In this document: positions 36,878 to 51,888 of the stretch, one piece after another
How the letters are laid out: the number at the start of each line of letters is the position of its first letter
How positions within the stretch are numbered: position 1 is the stretch's first letter
Assembly: GCA_000165425.1 (NCBI GenBank)
Contig: CT868541.1
Location: 350,096-414,095, forward strand
Reading direction: 5' to 3'
DNA from: Paramecium tetraurelia
Taxonomy: Eukaryota
Length of the DNA stretch: 64,000 bases
Position numbers and translations under genes: made by a program
Notes under the pieces: generated by a model
What the model was told of the DNA's origin: nothing
Databases searched by the model: none
Seen by the model: only the letters and a program-made list of their open reading frames with translations

Positions 36878-37925
36878 TTTTCTTAATGAATACAAAAGGT
36901 AAAAATCCACAAAATAAATATTTTTCATTCATTTTTATTATTCATTAAAAGCATTTTAATTTAATTTTATAATATTAAATAAATGATAAGTATTTAAGTT
37001 GTTTCACCTAAATTGAAGAATACAAATCATAAGGCAAATTTCAGTTAACCTTCAATAACTAAATATAATAATTTAAAAAGCTTCAATGAATATTTTAGAA
37101 GTCAATAAATCAATGAAAAGTTTCTAGGCATCATTAAAGGATTAGCACTACTGATAGTAAATATAAAACAGATACTCGTTTATTTGAGAACTTTTCAAGC
37201 AGCACAAAGAGAATTTCAATACAATCATCTACCTTATGCTTTTCAAATACAAAATCCTAGAGTACAAGTCGAAAAACAAAATAAATACAATTCCCATAAT
37301 GAATTTAAATTCCTCAATAAAAAAAAGCCTGAGATCTTCAAAGAAACAAAAACATAAGCAAGGTTTAGATTGAACATTTTCCTTATCATACGGTTTTAAA
37401 AACAAGTTTGATGCTTTAATTTTAAAAACAAATCAAAGATTTAGAATTCCAAATCAAGAGAAAAACCATTTATTAAAAAAGAAAAGGAATTGAATTAAGA
37501 AATCCTAAAACTTAAAAATAGAATAGAAATATTAAATAGACTTTTAATAAGTTATAACACTCCTCAAACAAAATTTTGAAACACTACTTTGATTAAACTA
37601 TATAAACATAATACAATCTGATGTTTTATTAAGATAATAGATAGTTTTATAATAAGAGAAAGTTGTAATCACAGATTATTTAATTTTATACCTAGTAAAT
37701 GAATAAACAAAGTGCTGTGACCAAAGATTTGATTTACCAATAATTTAGAAAATTTATTAAGAGTTTTCAAAATGAAATTTTGAATGATTAATGATAGATT
37801 TAGAATCTAAGAGATAAAGAAATATATTTAATATCTTCTTTCTTTCCTTATTGATAATTAACATTAATTTTTGTTCTTAATAATTTAAAATTAACATGCA
37901 TATTGAAAATTCTGTTTACTCCTCA

Positions 37926-38559
37926 ATGTAGACACCCTACACTCAACCTTATATGGCACCTACAGCCAATATGTAAAGAAAAGAAATTGGAGATTAAGCT
38001 ATATGGACATTGTCATCTGCAAAAACAGGGAATGGAGTAGATCAGTTAAGAGATGACAATATGAATACCTTTTGGTAATCTGATGGAACATAACCGCACT
38101 ATCTAACCATATAATTTTTAAAGAAGATGAGAGTTTAGGAAATTGCCATATATTTAGATTTCAAATAAGATGAAAGTTATACTCCGAATAAACTCTCCAT
38201 TCGAACTGGAACTAATATTCAGGACATGAAGGTATTTGAGATGATTAAAATAAGGAAGTTTAATTTATTGAATTGAAAGAACCTTATGGATGGTATGTGA
38301 TTGCACTCAAGACTAAATTGCTAAATGGTTAAGAAAAGTAAAAGCATTGATTAAGATAGACCATACGTTTCTACAATTAATGTCTAAATTGTAGTTTTAT
38401 AAAATTAACATAGTGGAAAAGACACACATATAAGATAAGTGAAAATATTTGGACCTCGAGAGTAATAAGTTTTCTTAATGTTTTAGGAACCAAAATCAAG
38501 GATTGAGTTTTCCTGACTTTAAAACACCTGAACTTACTTAATATGCTTCAATTCGTTGA
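37926..38559 (+). CDS. APC10: Anaphase-promoting complex subunit 10 (DOC1)
   Basis: AIWTLSSAKTGNGVDQLRDD..FWQSDGTQPH, DESYTP, EPYGW and NQHSGKDTHIRQVKIFGP, with the canonical C-terminal IR tail (YASIR-TGA). Confidence 0.96.
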
Positions 38560-38578
38560 TGTTTATAATTATATAATT

Positions 38579-39661
38579 ATGCTTTTTGTTGTTAACAGAG
38601 ATCCTGTCATAAAACGAAAGAAAGCTGTTTCTGAACGTGTATCACCTGAATAGAAAAGTATTTCTCTGATGTGAATCTGATAGAATTGATGGATGACTAT
38701 CAAATTTTTACATATCTCAAGAATGAAAAAAATAATCACCCAGCCTCATTCCATGTTACTTCTCTACGATAAGTTCCATTGACTCAGAGATCTTAGAAAA
38801 TGAACATCCAAACAATCATAGAGGAAAGTGGGAAAAAGCCGAAGAGTGTGGATAGCAACTAATAAATCAAAAAGAAAAAAAAGAGCTATTTTTAAATAAA
38901 ATTAGAAAGATATCATAAAGAAGTCGAAGAATAACAAACAAAAAGAAAATAAGAGCAGTTGACTAAGTCAAAAAATCTCTTAAAGAAAGATTTAGAGGAC
39001 ATCTAGAAAATGACTAACAAAGGAGTCAGAGAGTTTGAGGAGAGATGCAATTTGTATAGTAAATATTATTCAGAAGAGTTGCTCACCCCTACTGGAGTGT
39101 AATGCTATTTATTTACTTAGACAGAAGGCAAGAAGACATGAATCTACCTATATATAAGTACTCGACAATTGAAAACTAAAATAAATATAAAGTGTTGCTT
39201 AGAGGTGACCCAACTCCTCAACCAAAATTTACATCAGAATAAGTATTTGACTAATACTATGGTGATCCTGATAAAATCAAGTTGATTAGTTCATAATTGC
39301 ACAAATTAAATATCAAAGTAAACTTAATAATTTAATGTAATAGCTTATAAAAAGGCCAAACGTTTAAGAAAATCAACTTTTTGATGCCATTATAAATAAT
39401 GATAGTTTTACAGTTAATAAGTTGCTAATGGAGAACAAAAGCTTAATTAATATTAGAAACAGGGTATTGCTTAGTTATAAATTATAGATTCAAGAAACTC
39501 CTTTGCATTTAGCATGTAAAAGAAATTTGAAAGAAATTGTTGAATTACTATTGAGATTTTAGGCAGATGAATCGTTAAAAGATTTATGGGGACAAACACC
39601 AAGATAACTGGCTTTGAAATTAAGACATTTGGAGATTTTGAAGGTTTTATCTTATTTATGA
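38579..39661 (+). CDS. Protein with C-terminal ankyrin repeats
   Basis: ETPLHLACKRNLKEIVELLLRFQADESLKDLWGQTP at the 3' end; low-complexity N-terminus; several introns. Confidence 0.7.
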
Positions 39662-39709
39662 ATCTTTTAAATACTTTTATTATATAATTTATAATTAATT
39701 ATAGATTTT

Positions 39710-40707
39710 ATGGTATGACTAATCTTATATAGAGAGGCTGCATTACTAAATTTCTTTCAAGGAGCTCCAATACTTCATATTTATTTAGATGGATTAGAAA
39801 CTAGGAAAGCAGCGATAATTAATGATAAATAATAAGGTTTAATTTAATTGCCTGTATATTAAGTAAAACTTATATATAACTAATGAGGATAATGATGATA
39901 TCTCAGGTGTGGTGGATTTGAGAATGAATAAGAATAAAACAATTGATCATTTGGGCATCCGAATTGAATTGATTGGGAGAATTGGTAATCTAGATGAAAT
40001 ATGTAGAAATCCTTAATGATTAACAATAATCATCAGATTTTATATCATTGAGAAGAGAATTGGATGCTTAAGGTATATTAACGGAGGATAAAAGCTACAA
40101 ATTCTCATTTAACAAATTTGAGAAGCAATACGAAAGTTATTATGGCAGAACGGTCAAATTGAGGTAAGTTAGGATTCTAATTATATCTAGTTATTATTTG
40201 CGTGCTACATTGGATAGAAATTATGGATAAGTAAAAAAAGAAATAGAATTTGGAGTCTTAATTATAAATAGAGATGAAGTAAACCAACTTTAATCTCCAC
40301 TAAAGCTTGTTTTGGGAATGGATGATTATTTGTACTTAATTTGTGTGTACCTTAAATCGAGGTATGACTTAAAAGATGTTGTAAAAGGAAAGGTGAAGTT
40401 CTGTTTAGTTAAAATAAATATAAAGTAAATGGAATTAGCTGTGATTCGTTAAGAGTAGATTGGTTAAGGTGCAACTCAAAAAACTCATAATGAAACTCTG
40501 GTGAAGTATGAAATGATGGATGGATGCCCTCGAAAAGGAGATGTTATACCTATACGTATTTTTTTGAGTGGTATTAATATGTCACCCAGTTTTTAAAATG
40601 TGAGTGGCAAGTTTAGTGTGAAATATATTTTGAATTTGATATTATTTGATGAGAATGATAGAAAATATTTTAAGTAACAGGAGATTACAGTTTATAGAAA
40701 GAAATGA
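39710..40707 (+). CDS. VPS26: Retromer subunit VPS26
   Basis: ISGVVDL..IDHLGIRIELIGRI, FEKQYESYYG, YDLKDVVKGKV, KYEMMDGCPRKGDVIPIRIFL and KFSVKYILNLILFDENDRKYFKQQEITVYRK. Confidence 0.95.
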
Positions 40708-40761
40708 TAACTAAAATAATGTATTTTATGAATATAAAAACGGATTATAATAATAATAATA

Positions 40762-41894
40762 ATGAAAACATTTGTCTTGATTGTTCTCTTAGGAGTGGCA
40801 CTTGGAGTATAAGTTAATGAATAAGCAACAATTTTGTAAGAAGCTCTAACAAACAATTTAAAGGCCACAAGTATGGGCAGAGCAGTTCTTGCTATGGTGG
40901 AATTGGGTTCACCTAGTTTCAATCCCTTATTCGATGCATTGGAAGCTTGGGCTTCACTTATTGAAGTAATATATTGATTAATTTCAGCAAACCATAGCCG
41001 ATGAAAATTCATCATATGGAGCATTCGTCTAATAAGTAGAAACAGAAGAAACAAATTATAAAGCTCTTATTGCTCAATACGAAAGCGAGTTGGCTGAATA
41101 CAATATTCAAATTAGAGAGATCTTAAAGTCAAGAATCTCTCTCGAAGAAGACCTAGAAAAGACCAGAAACGAATTAGGAGCCACTAAACAACAAAAAGCC
41201 AACATTGAGAATTAATAAAGAGAAGATTCAGCTGATTTCAAAACAAGAACCAGCTAATTGAGTGCTGCTATTGTCGTGATCGATGAAGCATTAAAAGTAT
41301 TAGAAAAAGCAAAATGTAAATCATCTATTAATCATAGATTCATCATTTGTTGAGGAAGATGCTTAATAATTATCATCTTTAGTCTCAGGAACACCAGAAT
41401 TGCATACTTTATTACTTCAATTAAACACTGAAGATTACAAGAGTGCATAAAACTTAACTAAGTATTCATTCTCATCACATTATTAGAGTCATCAATTTAT
41501 TACAAAACATCAGAGATTAATTTAATTAAAACATTCAGACATTACAAGCAGGATTCACTGCAGCCTAACAATAAGCTTAAGATTTGTTTGAATTATTGAA
41601 TGCTAAAATTGATTCTTTAGTCAAAGATGTTATACCATAATTGCAATAGGATATCTAAGGAAAGGATAGTAAGAATTTGCTCTATTTTAAGGTGAGATTG
41701 ATTCAAGAAGATAATTAGCCAATGAAGCTTAAGCCAATTTGGATTCTGCAAAAGAAAGTTTGAGATAATCAATTTAAGAGAAAGGATTAGCAACCAATAG
41801 CCATAACATTTTAATTTCTGAATATCACAGCAATTTAGATACTGTAGCTGAATGCATTAGTGCTCTACATGGAAGTGGAATTAAAAGATAATGA
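40762..41894 (+). CDS. Trichocyst matrix protein (granule lattice family) precursor
   Basis: Signal peptide MKTFVLIVLLGVALG, acidic coiled-coil body and central SSFVE junction typical of TMP/GRL proproteins; four tiny introns. Confidence 0.8.
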
Positions 41895-41933
41895 AATAGA
41901 TACATAATAATAAATAATTTTACTCAGTAATGA

Positions 41934-43442
41934 TCAATTTAATATGATCTCGCTAAATGATCGAAATCTGTGTTTACATAATGGTTCTTCTTGTATCACA
42001 CGATCTACTCTTTCATAAATTGTTGAATATATCTGCTAAGCCGTTTACAATAAATATTTAATCGATTACTCTTTACTATTTGGCATATAATAATAAACAT
42101 TGGATGTTTATTACTATTATATTAAGGTGTCGTTATTCTACTTTTAAATAGGGCTTTCCATTTCATCAATATCAAATTATTTAGATTAAGATTATTCTTC
42201 TTCAATTTAATGTGTAGATGTTTATCTATATTGATTACTACTTAATGATGTGGTTGGCATTAAATCTTTATTATTTAAATAAAACTGATGTAAAAATTTG
42301 TAATTGGCATTCATTTTTTTAGCTTTCTCCTAATAACGAAGATTTGAATTAGTGAGTAATTTTATTCTATGCTTATTTTATTATTTAAAATTACTTCCAT
42401 CTCATCGCAACATCTCTACAATTCATCATTATGGGCTTAGAGTGTTTTGTTTAATATCATTTCTCTTTAATGATTTTTTCTAAGTTCATCCAAAGCATTT
42501 TCGAGTTTTTAGATTTTTTCCATACTTTATATATCATTTAATGGTTTTTGACTCTGCATGATGAGTCTTTTAGCATTAATCTCTTATATTTATTTAGGTA
42601 TTGTTAGGTTAAGCTTAGGAATGACTGTTCCTTTTTTTGGATTCATTTAACATTATTGTTATCTCTTAAGTGAATTACTTGAATCTAAAGGGGCTTCTGA
42701 TACTTGTGAGGAATGTGATTCAGAAGAGGAGGAATTATTAATTAATTTAAGGGCTCTAGTCTAAAAGTCAACTAATTGATCTGGATCCTAATTCATGAAG
42801 ATTAGTTTATTACCAGCATGAGCTACACTTCTTTGTTGCAATAATTCATTCATTAATCTCTTATAAATACATATAATAAATTACTAAATTTAGTCCTTAT
42901 ATATTTGATTTCTCTTTGATTAATTTTTATTTTTGTTTTTACTCAATTAATAATTGTTCATTTAACATTTGAATTTCATTATGCATTTTAAGACCAATAA
43001 GATCAGGATTGCAAACTTCCTTAAACTTTATTACCACGCCAGCAACTTCGTCATATTCTGGTTTCAACTCCTCCATTTTTGCCAATTTATTTTCAGTAGT
43101 CATCAGATTTTCTTACATGCCTTGCATTTTTTATTATAGTGATGCGATTAATTCTTTCTCTTATCTTTAGACTTATTCTGTAATTTGTTGATTGATCAAT
43201 TAATCACTTTAAGCTTCATTTCGCTCTTTAACTAATTTCTCTATTGTTATTTGTAGAGTTTCATTCTCTTCCTACAAATTCTTCATTACTGTTAATAGCC
43301 CCTTATGTTATTCATCATTTGTTTTTGGCATCAAAACCTTCAAAGCCTACTTATTCAATTAAAGCAATCCTTAGAGCTCACGAACCTGCTCTTACAATTA
43401 TTAATTCTCCTATTTGAGATAATCGAGAATCTCTAAACTCAT
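41934..43442 (-). CDS. Coiled-coil hypothetical protein
   Basis: MSLEILDYLKQENQQLQEQVRELQGLLQLNKQALK.., with a VIPKLNL motif; ends FRSFSEIILN-TGA. Confidence 0.65.
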
Positions 43443-43749
43443 TATAAAATATATTGTTTTTCAAATTTTACATAAAAATTTGCCTAAATTTAAAGATTAT
43501 CAAATATAATTCTTAATTTCTAATCATGTTTAAGTATGCCAGTGATACTTTTTATAAATAGCATAATAGCATAAAAATATATAATAAGGATTATCTCCAA
43601 GACGTGATTCAATTACTAATGAAAGATGCTCTATAGTAGAAATTCATCTATTGAATGACTTTATTTAATAGATGATATTACGCAGAAGTCCTTTTTAAGA
43701 AGGGAAGATTAATAATTAAATTAATTAATTTAATTGTGTATAATTAGTT

Positions 43750-46134
43750 ATGTTAAAGCTAATATTCAATTTCTCCAGAGCCATTTAAAAATCTCAAAAC
43801 CTTTTGAATTAGATGAGAAAGAATCGCTATTACATTGATGATCCTATAGTTAGTTAAAGGAAGGAGGCATAACAGATTGTGGAATCATTATATTTTAATT
43901 AAAAGAATAATTTGTAATAGAAGCTTGAGAAGGAGGAGGAAAATAAATTGGAAAATGTAATTGAAAAGTTGGATGAAGAGATTAATTTTAGAAGATTTTA
44001 GACAGCATAAGAATTATTAGAATTATATGAAGCTAAACCCTTAAAATCTAGAGAATAATACTTGGAATGGTTCAATTAGTTGTCTTACTGTTTAAAGTTT
44101 CAGGAATAAATTTAATAAAACAAATTGAATTACTACAAAAAATTAGCTGGTCAGTACAAGGCCTAATATAATAAGGAGTATGAGATGCCAAATATAGTTT
44201 TCTTGACTCCTTCTCAAATTTTAGAGAATTCAGTTTTTAATCAAGTAATCGAAGACTTTGTCTCTAATTGTGAGGTAATAGAATGGCTGCATGTTAGAAA
44301 GTAAATCAAGAAATCATTCTAAACATAACTTTATTCATTAGATTATTATGCTTTATAGAGACTATGGGAAGAGAATGAATATCCAATCCAAACTATTTAA
44401 TATCTGTCATTAATCATTAAGGACATAAGTATTAGATTGTTTATATATATTAGCTGAATCTAAGTTTGAGAAGGATTAAGAACCTCAATTTATGGAATTA
44501 TTTGATGGTAAATTTTAATAAGGATAATCCTTGAAAAAGATATTAGAATAGCTTCTGTTATAGAAAATGCAATAGATAAACTTTTATGATTTAAATAATG
44601 AAGATTTTGCAAATTTCGTTTTTATTTACTATTAATAGTAAAAACTGCCAATTTTACCTACATTCCTTAAAGAATTAGTGGAAAATGTAAAGGAAAGAAT
44701 TAGTACTTTGAATTTGTTGGAAAATGTTAAAATATTGCAAGCGATGTTAGTAATTGAAATCGGGGATAATTAGTCATATTGTTACCTCTTGTGGAATATC
44801 ATACGATTGAAAAATAGAATCAATTCTGACTATTCAATCATAAATGGGATTATTTTCATATTGTTGCATTTTAGATAAAACATCCTCTTTGTGAAAGGAA
44901 AAAGAAATTATCCAAAACCTATTATTGTAGAGGATGCCATGGTGTTCTCTGAAATATTTCATCATTTAACCGAGGACTTGAAGTTATTTGGTTTTGTCCA
45001 CCTTAGTCAGCTGCTTACAATAGCATCTAAAAATTTCGCAGACCCAGCTAAATTAAATGCAATTATAGTTTCGCTCTTTTAGAAGCCTGAAATAAATCAG
45101 AATATTTAGATTGATCATAAAATTGATTTGTATTACTAGGCAACACAATTGGGAGGAGCTATACTTGATGTTACTCAAATATTAAAGTATAAAGTACAGC
45201 TTCTACAATCCCATTCAATAACTGGTTTCTTTGAGAAGAATTAATAATCAGAAGGGAACCAGATTACAGGATATTACCCATATTACACAAATTTATTGGA
45301 TAGTTTAATCAAATTGATTTGGACAAGCATCATATAAAATAGCAAATGTTTTGAAGACATCAATTATCTAATATTTAAGGTGAATGAATTGACAAGATTG
45401 TAAACAACCATAAGGATTGATAGAGTGACATAAAAACTGATTTCATAAATTAACTAATACATTTCCCTTGCTGGAAAGACCATATTTCCAAATAAAATTG
45501 ATATTCAATAGATTTTGGAGAACAAAAATATTTATAAAAAACTTGAAAAATTTGGTAACCCATTAATGTTGCACTCTAAATTGTATTTGCAAGAAAAATA
45601 CTATTTTTTATAGAAGTATGAGAAGAATTTAGAGAAGGATGTGTATTACGAAGATGTATTATTAGATTTTGTTTATACAAATTAGAAAACAGGGAACAAA
45701 GCATTGATTTTATTGAATGGAGTATATTCATTATAATATCCTATTAGTCAAGCAATTACCAAATTTCTGCAGTCGGTGAAATGATTCCAAATTCAATGAT
45801 AAAATTTTAAGATGATCTCTTGGCATAATCTGAGATTCCAGTTATTTAAATCAATCTTCCCGATATGATTCAAAGCCAATCTAAGTTAGAGATTTAATTT
45901 ATTAATTTTAGGTCTTTTTATGAGGAACAATTAAAGGACATTCTGGAAGATGGATCGAATGAATATGAAGACGTCGCTAATGCAATTCAAGAGACAAGAT
46001 AGAAAATAAGGAGAGACTTTAATTATTTGTCAATCCATTAATAAAAGAATGAGGAAGAAAGTCAGGAAGAAAAGGAGGAAGAGGGAGAAGTTTAGAATGA
46101 TGATACATATGCACTTTCAGATGAGGAGAAATGA
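43750..46134 (+). CDS. Probable mitochondrial RAP-domain RNA-binding protein
   Basis: Presequence-like MLKLIFNFSRAI, helical repeats, C-terminal LLDFVY..ALILLNGSSNYQ..MIKFQDDLLAQSEIPVIQINLPD (RAP-like) and an acidic tail. Domain call is inference. Confidence 0.6.
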
Positions 46135-46202
46135 TTGTGATGATTATTGTGTAATTTATGTTTTTGTATTTCCATTGAGATAAGATAAATAATTTTTTAT
46201 TA

Positions 46203-49200
46203 ATGATAAGCGCCTATAGATTTAATTACGAACATTTGCCAAAAGAGGTGAAGCTAAATACTTTTGATGCCGAGAGAGGCCTAATTTATAATGAGATCAT
46301 TCGCTTGTTAAAGGATTTTGAAATGAGGTAATTTGAAATATCAATGTTAGTTCTTCAAAGCATTGGTTTCCGATTATGAATTTACTTTAAAGGTTCAAAT
46401 AAATCTATTCCTTTTTAAACGAAGAAAGACAGGAGCTCGCAGAGTTGATTCTTTCGAAGTTGGGAGGATTGAAATCATCTGTAGGACTTCAGAATGGATT
46501 TAGCCTTGTTTGCACCATTATTTAAAATAAGCAAAAATACTTGAGTTTAAAAGTTGATTGGAGATATTGGCATTAATATTTACAGGATAAGTTTATGACA
46601 AACAAAGATAAGACAATCACAAGTTAAACATTCAGTACTCAATTATTTATGCAATTTTGCTAATTCCTTAAAACAGTGAAATATTACTTTGATGCTGATG
46701 TTGTTTAATTTGCATTCTTAAAATTTCGTGAATATCTAGGGTACTAGGACAAGCAAGTAGCCTGGGCTTACTTGATGTTGTTTGTCCCTTTTAGAACTGA
46801 TATTCCCTAAGATGCCTATAAAGATTTGATCAAATATTTGATGGATCCATTATTAATTTTTGGAGAAAAAGACAATTGTAGATTAAAATTTATATTGAAT
46901 TATCTAAGAGTCTACCCTTAATAAATGAATCTGATGCCGTAAATGATGAGATTTTTTCATGGTTATTGGCGTAATGATTTGGGTTAAGATGATAAAAGTA
47001 ACAATATTATGTATGTTAAGATGAAAAATTGGTTACCATGTTATTACCAGATGACACTTTGGGAGTACCAAGTTTATTCAAAATAATGCCATAGTTATTA
47101 GTTGAATTGATTGGAAATTCTAAAAGAGAAGGATATAAAGAATACATGTTAAATATGAAAAGATTATTTTCTTTGGTAGATTCTATTACTTCAGTATATT
47201 CTTAATAAACAATGGATGATTAAATATTTAAATTATTGAAATTAATGGTCGGCAATTTCATTTAAAAATATAGGAGAGATTAATTATTACTAAGAATTTA
47301 TGAGATGTAATAAAATAAAAACTACGATGAGAATGTTTCTGAATCCTTGATGTAAGAATTGATTGATCAATTCAACGATGTGCATATTCAAGACTTTATT
47401 GAAAGTGATAAATATATACTTGAATTGTTATTGATTAATCCAGATCAAGGATACTCAAGTTTTCAGATAAATTATCCTAATAAAAGAAATTCAACTAAAA
47501 TCCATGCTACCAAAATCAATATTGATAAGTTACTACCATTTTTATTGGATGAACAAGCCAAATAAGATTTTATAGAAATTGTTATGGATGTATTAGACAA
47601 GGTCATTTATATGGAGGATCAAGGATATTCAACTGCGAAAACTGTGTTATATTTATCATGTTTTGAACCAAAATTAATTGATTTCTTTCTCAATAAAATG
47701 AAAGAAGCTATCAATGATGTAACAGCTCTCTAATTCATCACAATTAAGAGTATACTCATATTTATGGCTATTCCAATTTTATAAGGAAAATGGTATTTAT
47801 AATAGAAACTATAATTTTTAGTCCTTTTTCCATTCATCATCTATAGGAATTCATGGATTTGACATACAAATTGTTTGAAGTCTAAGGAGTCAGCGAAAAT
47901 ATAGATTCGTTAGAATTTTACTGTAAGATATTTATGAATGTTCCCATCTATACTCCAGAGGAATATATGGAATTATATGGGGAACACAATGAACTGTGTC
48001 GATATTTAAGTGAATTCGTCTCAGAAGTATTCAATTTAGTTATTAAAAACTTCAACTTGATTAAGTACAAGGATGTCGATTATGGTTTTGTATTGCCAAA
48101 TCTCATTAATATCTTCTGGCCATACGTAGCAAATTCATCATAAAGGATGTTGGACAGTATTGTTGATAGATTAAAAGAACATCTAGAAAATCTAGAAATG
48201 CAAGATCTGAGTGCGATGGGAGATTTGATAGATTGCATACTTTATAGGGATTCCTCATTGTTGGAATATATCATTGATATTTGCATGGAAAAGTTACTCA
48301 AATAGAGATAATCTCCTCCTAAAAAACATTACCTGAGTTTTATTGTGTAATTATCAAAGTATTCAGATTATATACAACAATTTGAACCTACTTCAGGTAA
48401 CAAATAATCAAAACTCTTATGGTTGACACTTCTCGAGAAATCACTTACTTATGCTGGTAAAGCTACTTAAAAGCATGATATGAAGATACAAGCAATTGTG
48501 ATTAATTACTTAATGGATGAAGAAGATGAGGTCTTTACAAAAGTTAGTGATATAATACATTCAGTTATAATAACAAATCAAATCATTAAAACCAATAATT
48601 TATCATGGTAAAATCAAAGATCTCAATTTTTTAAAAAAGATTTTGATTAAAAAACCCTTTATTAACCTTAAGATCTTGAAGTTGAATGGATTTTACCCAC
48701 TCGATAGGATTGGGAATACATATTTGATTGGAACAGGATGTTTATGTTTGGAGTAATTGAAGAATTTGAAAGGACCTATATGAAGGAATATGAGTATTAT
48801 GAAATGCCAAGAGACTTCCCGAAACTTATTGACCTAATGATTTTCAGGAACCCTCCCATGGATCCAAATCTTAAGCAAATTTGTTATCGTGTGTGGTTCC
48901 TTGTTTTCGGGTGTTTTACTGGGTCATCTCTATTCACACCATTTTAACCATAAGACCTCATATAAGGCAGCAAAGGGCATTTAAAATTGGAAAAGATATA
49001 ATAGGATTATTTAAAGAGAGTATGTCCACCCGAATACTGGGACTTAAGACAGAGACTGGGTACATTTGCAATTAATTCCATTTGTTATGCTATAAACAAT
49101 GGAGTTGCCCATGATAAAGACATTAATGACCTTTTGGTTACAATAGCATCAGAATGCATCAGTTCATAAACTTTGAATTAAGAATTGCAATTAGGCAGAG

Positions 49201-51888
49201 AGTTTATGGAAGGATGTAGATAATTGATGTAAGCTTCTTAATGTAAACTATATTTTGAAAGTCGAATTCAGTGTGTGATTGATATCAACACATATCTCTA
49301 TCAAAGACATGTTTTCATGCTACATTTACAAGGTATTCCAATTGAATACAATCATATCTACAATTACATAATTGTTCTTTATTTGTTAGGTCATTCAGAA
49401 TTTAGCAGTCCATAATATTTGTTGCCTTATTCCGAACGAGCTACTTACACTTTAACTACTGGAGTTAGAAATAACTTCTTCGAGTACTTGCTGGGGATCT
49501 TAGACTACAACAATAAAGACAGCAGATTAAGTAAAATCAACTAGTTAAGTGAAAGGAGTAAGGAATACAAATAGTTAATTGACTTGTTGCAAGGCTTTAA
49601 TTCAGCAGTCTAACATATTTCTTCAGATATCGAAATGAGTATGTCGATTCAAAAACAATTGAACTAATTTATTAGTGTAATGGAATATGTTGATAATCAA
49701 AAATGCAAATATTTAATTATGGAATCATGTGTTCATCATCTGGCCATTCAATATGATGAAAGCACAGTTGTTATATCTAATGATTATAATGATAGATTGG
49801 AAATGATCAATAATAGCATCAGAGCTTTGCAAAGTCAGTATTTCTGGAAATGCAAGATCATTCATAGTTTATCCCTATTGAATAACATAAACATAATTAG
49901 ATACGTCCCTGAAAATTGTATTAATGCTTATCGGGATTTATGCATCAATGACCACGTCACCTTGAATTAATTGGGAAGAGCAGGATTATTCTACTTTCTT
50001 AGATTGGCCAAATAAATGATCTATAAAAAACAATAGGTCAGTAGTTAATAATATGAGCAACATCTCCCTTTTAATAAATTCATCCAATATAGATATTTAA
50101 CATAGGAATAATTGTCAATTATAGAAAAATCCTACTAATCTATTTTGGAATTGGATGACATTCTCAAAGCACAATAACCAATTTACAGATCTAAAATGCA
50201 TGAGAAATATATGTTTACAAAAAATGATCTCACTAAAGTAACCATCATTAATGACAATATCACTCCTTTCATAAAAGACTTAAGATAGCTCTTTACTGAT
50301 AAAAAATATATGCGAGAGTTTATGGAAAAGATATTGATAGACAAGGATGTAGCTCCAACATCAGAATTTGATATAACAGATGCTCCATCATAGGAAGTGT
50401 AATTTATGTCAGCACAAGGAATAACACGATATGTCTAAATCTTTTTCACATATATTTATGGAAAGAATAGGAATAGACAATCTCCATTTTCTGCAACCTA
50501 ATCCTTCTTCATGTCAGATTTCTATTTTAGATTATTTAAGAAAATGTTTTAAGTCTGTGGCATAGCTGCATTTTATTCAACCAAGGAAGTCATTGATGAA
50601 TACATCGAATAGTTTGATTAGAGAGAAAAACAACGATTAGTAAGTTGCTACCTAACAGCCCTTCATAGATCATTATTAAATGTTGGTTCCTACATTTAGG
50701 ATTCATTTATTAGAATCCTTCCTAACATCACCTAAGAAATATTCTATGATTACCATTTGGCATTCTTCTACATGTGCAGAGACTAAGATTGGCAATGGAT
50801 TTCTCCAGTTTATTTGTAGATGTTGCAATGTTGTTAGAATCTCATTCCTCAAGGAGGATTCAAGGGTTTAAGATACATATAACTACTGAAAATTCTCATT
50901 CAATCATAAGGTCCAAGAGTGATATAATTGTAAGAACAAATTCTTTAGTAATTCAATTCTATTATTTTCACATACCCATCTAGTGTTTATGTTGAAGAAT
51001 ACACTTGCACTCTTGCAACTACATTGTTGTAAACCATTTTAATACCTATTCCAATCGATGCTCCTTATTAGGATGAACATCTAATTGCAACTACTGCAAA
51101 CTTCTAAATTTGGTACAATAGTATTCTTTAGATGTTTTTCAAAACCTTTAATGAGTTTCTTTCTAATAATTCATAGAGAGATAAAGTCAAGTTTCATCAG
51201 GAATTATCAGCTAGAATTTTAGAATTCATTGCTATTAGTAAATTTGATAATTATTCTTGGAAATTCATTGTTGAAGCCATGAAAATCATTTTCCAAAACA
51301 ATCAAACAGATATTGATGCTTAGGAGATTCTAAGAAAATACATCGAATGCGATTATGATGAAATCACAGAACTACTTGATATTGCAGAATAAATGACCAA
51401 AAATGATACCTGGAACATTAGAAAACGTGCCAACTTCTTCTTGAGGGATTGGTATTTCAAAGCCAAATTAGAAGGAAGCCTATTAAATGATATACCAAAA
51501 TAATTACTCAATATGTTCCAAGACAGCAATCTGTAATTGTAATTCCAGGCTGTATCCTCACTTGCTGATTACCTGAAATTGTACACCAAATAGGAATTAG
51601 AGGATTTGTTCAGATCGGCATAAGAAAATAGAGTCTATATATTAATGAGCATGTTACTTTCAAGACAAGATAGAAACTTCAATTGGACAGACCAGGCATT
51701 ATCTGAGATATTTTAAGAATTGAAAAACAAAAGGTATTAATTTAATTATATTAAGAATTTTGTAAGAGTTTGTATCTGAATATTGGAAGAGTAGACAAGA
51801 CTGGTAGAGAGTATTCAAAGATGAAATCAGTGAAGAAAATGTTAGAAAATTGTAGGAAATTGTAAATCCACATCCCTATTATGCATGA
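46203..51888 (+). CDS. PSME4: Proteasome activator PA200/Blm10 (PSME4)
   Basis: About 1800-aa HEAT-like protein with LSLKVDWRYW near the N-terminus and a C-terminus EYWKSRQDWQRVFKDEISEENVRKLQEIVNPHPYYA-TGA (HbYX motif YYA, characteristic of Blm10/PA200). Confidence 0.9.

Noticed and set aside
36983..37800. Possible plus-strand gene between the tandem kinase and APC10
   Set aside because: No consistent ATG-to-TGA model or motif could be built by eye.
40692..41054. 120-aa minus-strand track ORF
   Set aside because: Antisense shadow of the trichocyst matrix protein gene.
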